Positions 11,101 through 20,208 of a stretch of DNA of 64,000 nucleotides are shown here, piece by piece. Position 1 is the first letter of the stretch, and every line of letters begins with the position of its first letter. The stretch is from a virus. The position numbers were made by a program, and so were the translations under genes. The stretch is taken from IMG/VR virus record IMGVR_UViG_3300037189_006220, positions 1-64,000 of that record; one strand, 5' to 3'. The notes beneath the pieces are model-generated. The model had not been told where the DNA came from and made no database searches. It saw only the letters and a list, made by a program, of their open reading frames with translations.

Positions 11101-14100
11101 AGGCTGTCGAGGCTGTCAAGGTTTACGGTGTTAACGAGTATGCGTGATGTAGCTGAGCCGTTCTGCCCAACAACAACTGTGCTGACATCGTATCCACCGT
11201 CGGGGTTCTCTTCAATGGAGAGAATCTCGTGAATCTCTAGTTCACCAGTCTGGTCATTAACTCCCGGTACGAGGTCGTGAACTTGTACATCACCTTGGAC
11301 GTAGTCACGCTGGGAGAGAAGAGCAGTGTCGCTTGCGCTCATTTCTACTGGCTTACCGTCACCAAGGTCAACAACCTTCTTGCCGCTGTCTGGGTTGGTA
11401 GTAACATCTACCTCGCGGGGAGCAGTGGCAGGAGTTGTGTTCAGTGGCTCTGTACGGCGAGGAGCCTTCTCAGCCTGAGGTGCTTCTGGTACTGATGGTG
11501 CTTCTGCATTGGCAGGACGGTTTCCAACACGACGCTCTGAACCATCGGTACCTGACTTAGTGCTGATAATTGTCAGGTTACGCGAGGTAATGTTGCGCTG
11601 TGAGATAGACCATGAGCCGTCTGGGTTCTGGAACTTAACGAATACATAGTCGGTGTAGTTGTATCCACGGGTAAAGTGGCTACCAATACGGTTGACAACG
11701 TAACCGATACGACCATCCTCGTGCTGAACAATGTCTCCAGCTTCGATTGGTGTCATGTGGTCGCTAGAAATCCATGTGTCGTAGTGGTTCTCGACATCCA
11801 TAGCGTGCATATTAATAGCGGTAATAAGTTGCTGGAGTTGCTGGTTGCTTAGACCAGTCTCTTGGCGAAGACGGGAAACAATGTCATCCTCTAGACCGTA
11901 GCGAGTTACGTTATTGAATACCGAGTGGATAACTGCATCAGTAACCTCATCGAGCGAGCTTGCATTACGAATAGCTTCGATGGTCTCGCGCTGAAGTGGC
12001 TGGTCACGAAGGTGCTCTGGGCGACCTGTCTCTGGGTTGATAGAGTCGCGCTGGATTGAACCACGACCATCTGTATTACGGTTAAATGTACTCTCCGGGT
12101 TACCGTACATCATCTTGTAGTAGACCGCGTATGTCTTGTTGTTGAGAGCGCGAGCTGACTGTGTGAATGTGGTAATTCGTCGAGACTGTACCTCTCCACT
12201 CGTGAGGTTTGTCTCACGCATGTAAGTGTAGAAGAACTCGTCAGTAGTACGAATCGTAACGAGGTCGTAACGCATACGAGTACCGTCTGCACGGGTCGTT
12301 TCGCGAGAAGCAAGAACAAGCTCGCCATCCTCGTTGTAGTGAGCGTCAGGGTAGACAGCTTTCATAGCCTCTAGAACCTGACCGGGGTCAGTTAGACCAC
12401 GACGAATAGCTGGGGGAACCTCGCGGAATCCACGCTTGAGGTTGACATCTCCGGGAGCTGCTTCAGGAAGCTGAGAGAGTTCGTCAATAACAGCTTGAAC
12501 ATCTTCGGCAGATGGGTGCTCCTGTGCGAGGATGTCTCGTACACGAGTACGGTCTTCCCTAGAAAGCTCACGGTGCTCGTAGAGGTGCTGAGCAAGGTAG
12601 ATTTTTCCGAATGAAGCCTCATTACCTGTTTCGCTAGGCTCCGGGATTGCGCTGTTATTAGGTGTTACGTTCTCGGAAATAGTGTTGGTATCGCGACCAC
12701 GCATCTGGAGAGCATCACGAATAGCCTCAGTTGGAATATCAGCTTCCGGTCCGGGCTGGTTACCCTCACCGGGGAACTGAAGACGTACAGTCTGGTCACC
12801 ATTCTTAAGAGCGTTCTCAAACGCAGTCTGAAGCTCTTGTACATTGTGAGTATTGGCAATAACAGATGGGTCATCTGATGTACCGTCAATGCCTATCCCC
12901 TTAGACTCGTATGGAGCTGGGTCTAGAGCAAGCTCGGTGTTTGTAGCCTCGTTCTTGATGAGCGGAGCATGAGGAGCCTTATCTGGGTTAGCAGTTGTAT
13001 TGTCTTCCTTGTAGTTACTCATCTGGGTAAGAGTGAATCTCTTAGGCTCACCATCACCAGTAGTACCAACAAAGTTAGTGTTTCGGGTATTAGGGTTCTT
13101 GTCCTCTAGAAGAGTAGGAAGAATCTCTCGGTTCTTTCCTTTGTAGTAGAACTGAATTTTGTGACCATTTGTAATGGCATCACTAATCTGAGCCTTAATA
13201 GACTCAAGACCATTAGTAGTATCGATTTGTACAATCTTGCCAACTTCAGACTCTGGAGTTGGAGCTTCACCGGGGAGGGGCGATTCAGGAGCATTTTCTG
13301 GAAGCTTAGCTTCTACCTTTGGCTTTCCTTGAGGAAGTTCCTCGATGCTAGCTTGGTCTCCCGAGTAGTCAATAATTTGTTGGTTAGTGAGGACACCCTC
13401 TTCTCCATCAAAGCCACTGTCTTGGCTCCAGACGAAGCTAACATTCCAGCTATTGTCTCCAGTCTTCTCAGCTGTAAACATCTGGTCTTGGCGACTAGCT
13501 TCCTCATATGGGTATCCGGGAGTAGACCATGCAATCTTTGTGCCAACTGGAGCGTTCTCTACGAAGTTAATTCCACCAGTCTCGTCGCCCACCTTGTAGT
13601 CACTAACAAGAGCATATTTGTGCCACTGGTTGATAGCAGGAACTACCTCATTATTGAAGTAGTCAATACGAGCTTGCTTAGCATCCTTGTATGCCTGTGA
13701 GGTGCTGTCCTTGGTTCGCTCTTCCCTCTCAGTAGCAATAAACTTTGAGTATTCTTCGTTCTTTGCGTCGAGGTTTGCAATTGCTTCCTCGCGGTTTGTG
13801 GGAGCAGAGGTTGGTGCAGTAGGTAGATTAGCTTCGGGCTTTGCCTTACTCTCTACGAGGTTTCCCTTTTCATCCACCATGTAGGAGTAGTCAATGCCGC
13901 GACGACGAGCCTCATTACGGTAAGTTTTATCGTTGAATGTCTTAGAGCGACCAATGCCAATGCGACCCTCCTTCTCGCGAGCATTTTCCTCAGACATATG
14001 CTGTTCTGCTTCTTCAGACTGAGCAAGACGCTTAATTTCGTCATCAGTGAAGTCCTTAAGCTCTTTCTTTGAGCCGTCAGGATTAGTAAGCTCTACGCCA

Positions 14101-15029
14101 TGTCCCCAAGGGGTGGGAGCTTGGGGCTTCTCTGCGGGAAGCTCTGCTACCTTCTCCTGTGCAGGAGCGTTCTCTGGGTTGTTCTGGATGTCAGCAATCT
14201 GACGGTCAATGTCAGCGTTCTCTTTTTCGAGGTTGTTGTACAGCTGACCACGGCGGTCAAGACCACGTTGCATGTTTGTGTTCTCGCGACGGTCACGGCG
14301 GAGCTGTGCAATCTTAGCTTGCTGTTCTGCGGAAAGACCGTTTGCGTCTGCGTTAGGGGCAGATGGGGCTTCGGGAGCATTGCCCTTTTCGCCAAGACGA
14401 GCTAGAACCTTGTCGCCGGGAAGTGGAGTCGGAGACTTTTCACCTTCGCTGAGCTGACCGTACTTATGAATAACCTCTGCCCAGTTATCAGCCGAGAATG
14501 ATTCTCCGTTTACGCCAGTAACATTGAACTTTCCGTCCTCCTGCTGGAGGGCAGTGTACTTGCCATCGTTGCTGTGGAACATACGAGGGTCTTTAGCATC
14601 CTGTGACCAGTTCAGAGGAGCGTTCGAGTATCCCATCTGGTCGATGTTTGGGATGTCTTTGTTGAGACGGTCACCAACATCGTGACCCTCAGCGTGCTTA
14701 CCAAGCTCAATACCGCGAGCCTTAAGGTACTCTGGGTCGAGTGAGCCAAGGATTTCCTGTACGTTTCCTGATTTGAGGTTGTAGAAACCGTCTTTTAGAC
14801 CCGGAACGTCGTGTACATAGAACTGACCTTCGCCCTCGTTACCTGTTCCACCAATGAAGGTACCCTGACCAGACATGGTCTGACCATTACGGTTGCGGAA
14901 TTTGAACTTTGCGCCGCGTCCCATCTCAATCCAGCGACCAAAACGGTCACGAAGCTGGGTACGCCACGACTCGTGGAAGTTTCCTGCTGAGATGATGGGG
15001 TCGATGTTATCGGGCACGTTGTTCTCCAT
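8178..15029 (-). CDS. Giant multidomain putative virion protein (WYL-like domain, internal repeats, C-terminal GNAT-like domain)
   Basis: 2283 aa; N-terminal RDRFGRWIEMG; AITNGHKIQFYYKGKNREILP..KRFTLTQM; C-terminal DRGGGFST..VHAALEDGGYTWGKTGF. Confidence 0.7.
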   Translation of the reverse strand: MENNVPDNIDPIISAGNFHESWRTQLRDRFGRWIEMGRGAKFKFRNRNGQTMSGQGTFIGGTGNEGEGQFYVHDVPGLKDGFYNLKSGNVQEILGSLDPEYLKARGIELGKHAEGHDVGDRLNKDIPNIDQMGYSNAPLNWSQDAKDPRMFHSNDGKYTALQQEDGKFNVTGVNGESFSADNWAEVIHKYGQLSEGEKSPTPLPGDKVLARLGEKGNAPEAPSAPNADANGLSAEQQAKIAQLRRDRRENTNMQRGLDRRGQLYNNLEKENADIDRQIADIQNNPENAPAQEKVAELPAEKPQAPTPWGHGVELTNPDGSKKELKDFTDDEIKRLAQSEEAEQHMSEENAREKEGRIGIGRSKTFNDKTYRNEARRRGIDYSYMVDEKGNLVESKAKPEANLPTAPTSAPTNREEAIANLDAKNEEYSKFIATEREERTKDSTSQAYKDAKQARIDYFNNEVVPAINQWHKYALVSDYKVGDETGGINFVENAPVGTKIAWSTPGYPYEEASRQDQMFTAEKTGDNSWNVSFVWSQDSGFDGEEGVLTNQQIIDYSGDQASIEELPQGKPKVEAKLPENAPESPLPGEAPTPESEVGKIVQIDTTNGLESIKAQISDAITNGHKIQFYYKGKNREILPTLLEDKNPNTRNTNFVGTTGDGEPKRFTLTQMSNYKEDNTTANPDKAPHAPLIKNEATNTELALDPAPYESKGIGIDGTSDDPSVIANTHNVQELQTAFENALKNGDQTVRLQFPGEGNQPGPEADIPTEAIRDALQMRGRDTNTISENVTPNNSAIPEPSETGNEASFGKIYLAQHLYEHRELSREDRTRVRDILAQEHPSAEDVQAVIDELSQLPEAAPGDVNLKRGFREVPPAIRRGLTDPGQVLEAMKAVYPDAHYNEDGELVLASRETTRADGTRMRYDLVTIRTTDEFFYTYMRETNLTSGEVQSRRITTFTQSARALNNKTYAVYYKMMYGNPESTFNRNTDGRGSIQRDSINPETGRPEHLRDQPLQRETIEAIRNASSLDEVTDAVIHSVFNNVTRYGLEDDIVSRLRQETGLSNQQLQQLITAINMHAMDVENHYDTWISSDHMTPIEAGDIVQHEDGRIGYVVNRIGSHFTRGYNYTDYVFVKFQNPDGSWSISQRNITSRNLTIISTKSGTDGSERRVGNRPANAEAPSVPEAPQAEKAPRRTEPLNTTPATAPREVDVTTNPDSGKKVVDLGDGKPVEMSASDTALLSQRDYVQGDVQVHDLVPGVNDQTGELEIHEILSIEENPDGGYDVSTVVVGQNGSATSRILVNTVNLDSLDSLEAYRTREASTPEAATQNEIDRVFAEFREADTSGLSADELNRVMEALRMREGDTTFNAQQMNDIARELSALPRRNQPTPEENAKAVNDLASSIVDSKPDDTVDVSNAVNEAKIRTSELENNQEALSPATSPEERFAELNRDTLENEEVPSTEWLQYAPVGTQVSRVDGDGTVVETRTKQADGTWQSDRAGAARYTSEFFTLNDWLISSVPENNAEAQRQEHEQEQINSGDPIPNRDWLQHTPAGTVVFEVDNEGDPINYVKQEDGTWKNTSSGATMSEASMYRKADNQALSLDRTPAPTQAQPESNWSDLPAGANIPDMAWMENAPTGVIVRLSNSNDAYIKDVNGQWHRVNALGDRTSEDVPANAFDRVLADGRVHRIAPAEVRLEDSGFPEPAPLPAPPATYNTPTNKVEAPQAPREATPAPVVNTGELTSPDWESIPENTPINNPESFANAPTGSVVTVNGATYIKKEDGLWYSQLLEDNNRPQTGSSNEDMANANLFQREGSTIPTQVWEPQADGSAVTDPSYIENASVGARVTVTRPDGSSRTWIYAGSDIWVNQDRGETAYTSSIASRVSEANSSVVARPTFDPSAPEYQPVTVSSASDLRNVPVGTHLSGSTTGGQSRWFRKNADGSWSQGSPTGATHTRDEVWVADFIRRNGSAIYHTPESRQATSIINNMRVASSRGSNRNSDLITPADLDPSVPAVARRGGPIEYTYEPGSYEGVMTPEEFKDLVKNMDDPNNRRKVLQMVEDQFTGKQFGIHTLGAPVSQGGRSFKFTIFNKDGKDVGYTIRTFKFDNNGEMYIYNDYMYIPAKPDRGGGFSTNYFEAWDDFGRAYGVNTMQVHAALEDGGYTWGKTGFDYNGGKVPTEIKSRLKTQLRMAIANNRLFDAQKLNEIIQKINSGVQVHAWEIANIQGQRSSYPTHGGTLGRELTNGSNWLGTRRIPTLEEAKAKRLKDIAKNEAKKNQRNNRGN

Positions 15030-15057
15030 GAGTAAATACTATAGCAATTTCCGCAAA

Positions 15058-15588
15058 TTAGGCGGAAATAGCCTTATCTGCTGTAGAAATAATGATTTCT
15101 GTGCTAAAGCCTTTGTCGTGCATTTTGAGCTTGGCTTCGTAGAATTTTCGTGTAGCGGTGTTTGGCTCTGCTTTGAGGGCAGAAGCAAGAATTGGACGTA
15201 CTTCGTCCTCAATTTCGGCAGTTTGAGCCATGTAAGACGCAACAATGGCACGCTTCTGGAAACTTGATACCCAGCGAGTAGACAGCGGGTGACCTTCGGG
15301 GAGGAGGTCAGTGTGCTGAGTAGGTCGTTTTGTGGCTGGATTCTCTACAGTAGCGAAAAAGTTGGCTACAGCGCGTTGAACAACAGCATCTCCGTTATGC
15401 TCTTCGCGGGCAATAATTTCGTCAATTGTAGAATAGGACACATATTGCACGTCAGCGAAGTTTTCGTTCTGAGAATCGGCAAAAGAGCGCAGTGAAGCAA
15501 CAAGAGACAGTGGAGCAATAGGCTTCGCACCAAATACAGGTTTTACAGGCTCGCGCTCTGCCATATCAATCAGAGAATTGATGGACAA
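15058..15588 (-). CDS. Hypothetical protein
   Basis: 176-aa ORF, GGAG RBS before TTG. Confidence 0.6.
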   Translation of the reverse strand: MSINSLIDMAEREPVKPVFGAKPIAPLSLVASLRSFADSQNENFADVQYVSYSTIDEIIAREEHNGDAVVQRAVANFFATVENPATKRPTQHTDLLPEGHPLSTRWVSSFQKRAIVASYMAQTAEIEDEVRPILASALKAEPNTATRKFYEAKLKMHDKGFSTEIIISTADKAISA

Positions 15589-15664
15589 TTATGGCTCCAT
15601 TCACAGAAAATTCTACGTCTTTACTATCATACAGGTTTGTTTGATAGTGACTTAGATTTTATGT

Positions 15665-17380
15665 TTAGGAAACCTGAGAGTCTTTTGTGTTTTCTCCGGG
15701 CATCGCTGCCTTTTTAGCAGTCTTAGCTGGTACCTTAGGAGCTGGCTCTTCAATAGACGCTGTTGCCTGAGGTACTTCTGCCGGTGGTGTCTGCTCTGCT
15801 GGAGTAGCTTCTGGGGTTGCAGGGGCTTCTGGAGTTGTGGGGGACTCGGGTGCGCCCATTCCGAGTGCTTGCTCAACATTTGGTGGAAGCGGAGCAACAG
15901 ACTGCTCTTGGCTAGTCTGGCGAGCCTTGCCCATAATGTCCGGCGCAATCGTTCCAAGAAGAGCCTCAGTTAGCTCGGGGCTAATTGAACCCTTCTGGAT
16001 AAGCATACGGATTGCTGTCTCAGTAGCGTCGGGAGCATCTGCCTCCGAGAAGCCGTGAGCGTGTCGCCATGCTGCATATGAGACAGCCATCTTGTCGAAT
16101 CCCGAGTCAGCATCTGCCGCGCGGTCATTACGAGTCGAGATAGCCGAGGGGTCATACCAAACAACAAGACGGTTGACATCTGCCTCATCGTATCCGAGTG
16201 AACGGAGGTATGGACGCAAGTAAACAACGGTCAGAGCATCTGAGATAAGAAGAAGCAGAGGCTCGATATGTGCCTTGTAGAGTGACTCGTCAATCTGTAG
16301 AGCGTTCGAGTACTTAACATTAGCAAGACCAGTAACAACATCTTTAGGAACGTCGAGTCCTTGCAGGATACGCTCTAGTACGCGGTCTGAGCGCTCAGCT
16401 AGCGCGGGGTCAAATGAACGCTCAAACTTGAACTGCTTAATCTTGTCACCCAGTTCGGCGGGACCGCGGATGATAAGAGGGACAACAGCAGAGGCGGATG
16501 CTTCATCGGAGATGGGCGTAGTCATCGCGTCGATGAGCTGCTCTTCAAACTGGTCTTCTTCTTCCTCCGCAACAACTCCCGTCGGGTCGCCATTCTCATC
16601 GTATGGGTAGTCGGGGTCGGTAGAAGAGGCAACGGATAGACCATCTGGCAGGTATAGCGCACCAGCGTTAAGACGTGAGCGAGCCGTGCCACGGAAGGTA
16701 CGGTTCAGGAGCAGAAGCTCGGCACATAGGTCAAGAAGACCCTTGAGGCTCGAATCTGGCTCGTCTGAGAAGCGGGGGTGTGCACGCCAGATGCGTCCAA
16801 TGAATGAGGACGAGGGCAGTGGAATATTGTGTGCAGTTGTGGAGTCGTGACGAGGGCGAATCTGGTAGTTGCCCTTACCGTCCATCGAAAGCTCGTCAAC
16901 GGAGCGGATATCCCAAGACTCGGGGTAGCCAGTACCAATACGAGCGGGCATCTGTACGAGGTAGCACTCTCCGGTAACAGAGAGGTTAAGAGCTGCATCG
17001 CGGAGAAGCCCAGCCTGTCCACCATACGCAGAGTCAAGACGCTGTAGAGCGCGTTCCGCTGCGGCGGAGAGTTCAGGGCTAATCTTGTCGGACTCTTTCA
17101 CTGAGATAGGAGTCTCGGCAGGATTCTCATTTACTGCGGCATATAGACGGATGCGGGAAACAACGGAGCCAACCAGATTGAAGGCGTACTTGATTTCACC
17201 AATTGCGTCGTAGTATTCCCACGCCTCTTGTTGCCACTGGGTGACAGAGGATGCGCGACGAGCCTTAAACTGGTCTGATTCAGTTTTGTCACCAATCTTT
17301 ACCTGAGCTGCGGCAGCTGTAAGCGCACGCGGAGCCGAGTAGACGGCTGGTACTGGTGAGTCTTTTCTGAAAACAGCCAC
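15665..17380 (-). CDS. Portal protein
   Basis: WQQEAWEYYDAIGEIKYA, LNLSVTGECYL, RIWRAHPR, ASAVVPLII motifs typical of actinophage portals; 571 aa. Confidence 0.85.
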   Translation of the reverse strand: MAVFRKDSPVPAVYSAPRALTAAAAQVKIGDKTESDQFKARRASSVTQWQQEAWEYYDAIGEIKYAFNLVGSVVSRIRLYAAVNENPAETPISVKESDKISPELSAAAERALQRLDSAYGGQAGLLRDAALNLSVTGECYLVQMPARIGTGYPESWDIRSVDELSMDGKGNYQIRPRHDSTTAHNIPLPSSSFIGRIWRAHPRFSDEPDSSLKGLLDLCAELLLLNRTFRGTARSRLNAGALYLPDGLSVASSTDPDYPYDENGDPTGVVAEEEEDQFEEQLIDAMTTPISDEASASAVVPLIIRGPAELGDKIKQFKFERSFDPALAERSDRVLERILQGLDVPKDVVTGLANVKYSNALQIDESLYKAHIEPLLLLISDALTVVYLRPYLRSLGYDEADVNRLVVWYDPSAISTRNDRAADADSGFDKMAVSYAAWRHAHGFSEADAPDATETAIRMLIQKGSISPELTEALLGTIAPDIMGKARQTSQEQSVAPLPPNVEQALGMGAPESPTTPEAPATPEATPAEQTPPAEVPQATASIEEPAPKVPAKTAKKAAMPGENTKDSQVS

Positions 17381-17383
17381 TTG

Positions 17384-17674
17384 TTAGTTCCTATCAAGAA
17401 TGGTACTAATAATTCCGGTCAGAGCAGAAAGACTGAGACCAGCAAAAATAATGAGCATAACGCTAGGTACAAGTATATAAGAGATTACAACAAGTGTTGC
17501 CACATAAATGGAAATACACCAGTCGCAGGTCAGCAGGTATCCGAGTTGCGTTGAGGGTGGGAAACGCTTCCAAACACGATTGCGTAGAGGGGCGGTGATT
17601 TGGTCTCGCGTAATAAGTCGCGTCAGACGGAAAGTGGCAAGGGCAAGAAGAATAAGTGGAATGGGTTCAAACAC
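17384..17674 (-). CDS. DUF1360-like membrane protein
   Basis: LATFRLTRLITRD..LLTCDWC pattern. Confidence 0.75.
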   Translation of the reverse strand: MFEPIPLILLALATFRLTRLITRDQITAPLRNRVWKRFPPSTQLGYLLTCDWCISIYVATLVVISYILVPSVMLIIFAGLSLSALTGIISTILDRN

Positions 17675-17677
17675 TGG

Positions 17678-18037
17678 TTAAGCCTCCATTACCGAGTATG
17701 CGTTCCACGAGCGTAGGCGCGAGCCACAGCCACAGTTCTCATCTTTACGGAAGGCAACCTTAGTCCCGCTGGCGGTGGCGAGATACGAGTCGGTGGTTGA
17801 GACGTTTGAGGCTTTGCTAAGAGTTGCGGGGTCGTAGGGGTCATTCATAACAATGACTGGTCCGTCAGAGCCGTCTATAGCAACAATGATTTTCGTGTTC
17901 GTGACTACAACTCGGGCGGTAGAGACTTGGTGTGAGTTAGGGGACGGCGGGGCAGAACGGAGTTCTTCGAGGGGGAGCGGGTCTGCACCTGCGAGGAATG
18001 AGACGAAGCAGGGAAATAGGTCAATCTTGATACTCAT
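17678..18037 (-). CDS. Hypothetical protein (CGCGSRL motif)
   Basis: 119-aa ORF in operon. Confidence 0.65.
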   Translation of the reverse strand: MSIKIDLFPCFVSFLAGADPLPLEELRSAPPSPNSHQVSTARVVVTNTKIIVAIDGSDGPVIVMNDPYDPATLSKASNVSTTDSYLATASGTKVAFRKDENCGCGSRLRSWNAYSVMEA

Positions 18038-18519
18038 GGGGTTAATTTAATCCTTCGATACATAGCACGGTAGGTAACACCCGCGAGGTTGGCAAGCTCC
18101 TGAATGGGAACTCCTAATTCATTGTACTGGCGACAGATATCAGTAAGTTCCTTATTTGCTTTTGTCGCCGGATGCGAGGGCGTATAAGTAGAGCGATACG
18201 AGCGGGCGATGGGGGCAAGCTGAGCAATACGCGACTGGATGTCCTCGGGGATGCCCGGGGAGGGAGGCTTCTTATGTACGTACTCTTTATTGATAGGAGT
18301 TGGGATAGGACGAATCGCAGGAGAGTTTGGAGTCTCCGTTACCCAGACCCGGACGGTTGAGCGGGGGCGGTTGATGGGGGAGCCAATGGCAGAGAGTGTC
18401 CAACCTGCTTGGTAAAGGTGTTGGCACCGTGAGCGTAGTTGCATTCCGGTGAGGGACTGGAGGAAGAGGGCTTCATCTTCGGGCAGAGACTGGTTACGAG
18501 CTGAACGGCGCATGGTCAT
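18034..18519 (-). CDS. Double helix-turn-helix DNA-binding protein (paralog 1)
   Basis: GWTLSAIG..RSTVRVW and GVPIQELANLAGVTYRAMYRRI. Confidence 0.7.
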   Translation of the reverse strand: MTMRRSARNQSLPEDEALFLQSLTGMQLRSRCQHLYQAGWTLSAIGSPINRPRSTVRVWVTETPNSPAIRPIPTPINKEYVHKKPPSPGIPEDIQSRIAQLAPIARSYRSTYTPSHPATKANKELTDICRQYNELGVPIQELANLAGVTYRAMYRRIKLTP

Positions 18520-18670
18520 AGTCTACTGCATCGAGGGCATTGTACAAAGCGGAGAAAGTAGTACCTTACGCTAATAGCTTTTGGTCGGTGAGAAGCCAGC
18601 CGTTTAGGAGAGGCGCGTCTCTAATCGTTTCCATATGTGTACTGAGTATATAGATAGATAGTTGAAAAAT

Positions 18671-18808
18671 TCAATCATTAAAATTCTCAATCATTTATAA
18701 AGTCAATCATTGAAAAAATAAATCATTGACAAAGTCAATCATTGAAAGTCTCAATCATTGAGGAAGTCAATCATTGAGGAAGTCAATAGTTGTAAGTGTC
18801 AATGGTTG
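18671..18808. repeat. Nine units of a 16-bp-period repeat, core TCAATCATT(GA)
   Basis: Cores start at 18671, 18687, 18703, 18719, 18735, 18751, 18767, 18783, 18799. Confidence 0.9.
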
Positions 18809-18841
18809 TAGATATCTATAGTCAGGGTACTGACTAATCTA

Positions 18842-18899
18842 ACTAAGCAAGTGCTTAGTCTACTGAGTAGATAGTTACCTAACTAAGCAAGTGCTTACT
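18842..18899. promoter_or_regulatory. Two copies of the palindrome ACTAAGCAAGTGCTTAGT (TetR-operator-like)
   Basis: 18842-18859 and 18882-18899 (second has one mismatch), 40 bp apart. Confidence 0.6.
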
Positions 18900-19047
18900 T
18901 GTGGATAACTTATACACAGGTTGTTGATAAGTTATACACATGTTGATAAGTTATACACAGCCTGTTGATAACTTATACACAGGCACTTGCCTACTTGTGG
19001 ATAACTTATACACAGGGGGCTTTACCCTTGTGGATAACTTATACACA
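18900..19047. promoter_or_regulatory. DnaA-box cluster 1 (six inverted pairs)
   Basis: TGTGGATAA or TGTTGATAA, 1 nt, then TTATACACA, six times. Confidence 0.85.
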
Positions 19048-19196
19048 GGCTAGTTACTCACAGAGCAATCCAACTATAAGCAAACACAATAGCTGCTATC
19101 AAAAGACTTAGTGTTTATGACTTGACTAATAGGCATAAGAGAGTATCGTTAGTTATGTACCTAGTTAGGTACAGAAACTAAACAGGGAGAAACAAA

Positions 19197-19304
19197 ATGC
19201 TAAAGACAATCACCAAGGTAGCAACCAAGGCACTCGGGAGCGTCAGCATTAGCGTCACGATAGACAAGTCAGGCGTAGCAATCAATCTAAACACAGGCAA
19301 GTAG
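19197..19304 (+). CDS. 35-aa peptide MLKTITKVATK... in its own cassette
   Basis: TTGACT at 19122, AGGGAG RBS, terminator hairpin 19306-19338. Confidence 0.65.
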   Translation: MLKTITKVATKALGSVSISVTIDKSGVAINLNTGK

Positions 19305-19350
19305 CAAAGTAGGGGTTAGGTAACTAGCCCCTACTTTTGTGCCCGCAATC

Positions 19351-19510
19351 AGGCGCACAGGGCAGACACGCGCACAGGCACAGGCGGGCAACACAGGCGG
19401 GCACAGGCAACACAGCGGGCAACCCCGCAACCCCCACAGGCGGGCGAGTCAAGGCGGGCAACCCTACGCACAGGCAACCAATAGGCAAGCCATAGGCAAC
19501 AACCCGCAAC
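19351..19510. repeat. T-poor ACAGGC / GCAACC repeat tract
   Basis: No T on the + strand over 19351-19448; repeated CACAGGC and GGCAAC. Confidence 0.7.
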
Positions 19511-19519
19511 GCGGAAGGC

Positions 19520-19833
19520 TGTGAATAACTTATCCACATGTGGATAACTTTTGTAGGTAGCCTGTGGATAACTTATACACAGCCTGTGGATAACTTCCCC
19601 GCACTTGTGGATAACTTATCCACAGGTTGTGGATAACTTTTTCAGCAAACTCACAGGAAACTCACAGGAAACTCACAGGAAGTTTTTACGGCAATGCCTG
19701 TGGATAACTTATCCACAGGTTGTGGATAACTTTCATAGGAAACTCTCAGGAAACTCACAGCATTCTTACAGCAAACTCATAGGCGTATTCTCACTAACTA
19801 CCCTGTGGATAACTTACGGCAACCTGTGGATAA
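19520..19833. promoter_or_regulatory. DnaA-box cluster 2 (14 boxes)
   Basis: Repeated TGTGGATAA, TTATCCACA and TTATACACA. Confidence 0.85.
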
Positions 19834-19887
19834 CTTTCTCAGGAAACTCACAGGTTTCTCACAGGGTTCTCACAGGAAACGCATAGG
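19651..19887 (+). repeat. 11-bp-period direct repeats TCACAGG-N4 in three blocks (about 13 units)
   Basis: Units at 19651/62/73; 19733/44/55/66/77; 19837/48/59/70/81. Confidence 0.85.
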
Positions 19888-20208
19888 CGGGTAACCCCGC
19901 AAACAACCCCGCAACCCCTGCCACAGAGCAAAGCCAAAACGCAGTAACAGCTGCTGCTGCGAAAAACGCATTGACGCAAAACGCGTCAAAAACATTCACC
20001 GCATAGCGCGACACGCCGGAAAAACGCCGTTGAGCAAAAAAAGTTTTGCCCTATTTTTCCGCGTAAACAAAGGGAAGTAGCCCCGCACGGCAAAAAACTT
20101 TGCCAAAATGGTTTTGACAAGTCAAAAAGTGCGATATCTTTGTATTTGTCAGCAACCGCAGACAAGCACCACCTAACCAGCACCACCTAGTTTCAGGGAG
20201 AAACGAAA

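Noticed and set aside
18671-19890. CRISPR array
   Set aside because: Repeats are 9-19 bp with no unique 30-40-bp spacers, and no cas genes are present
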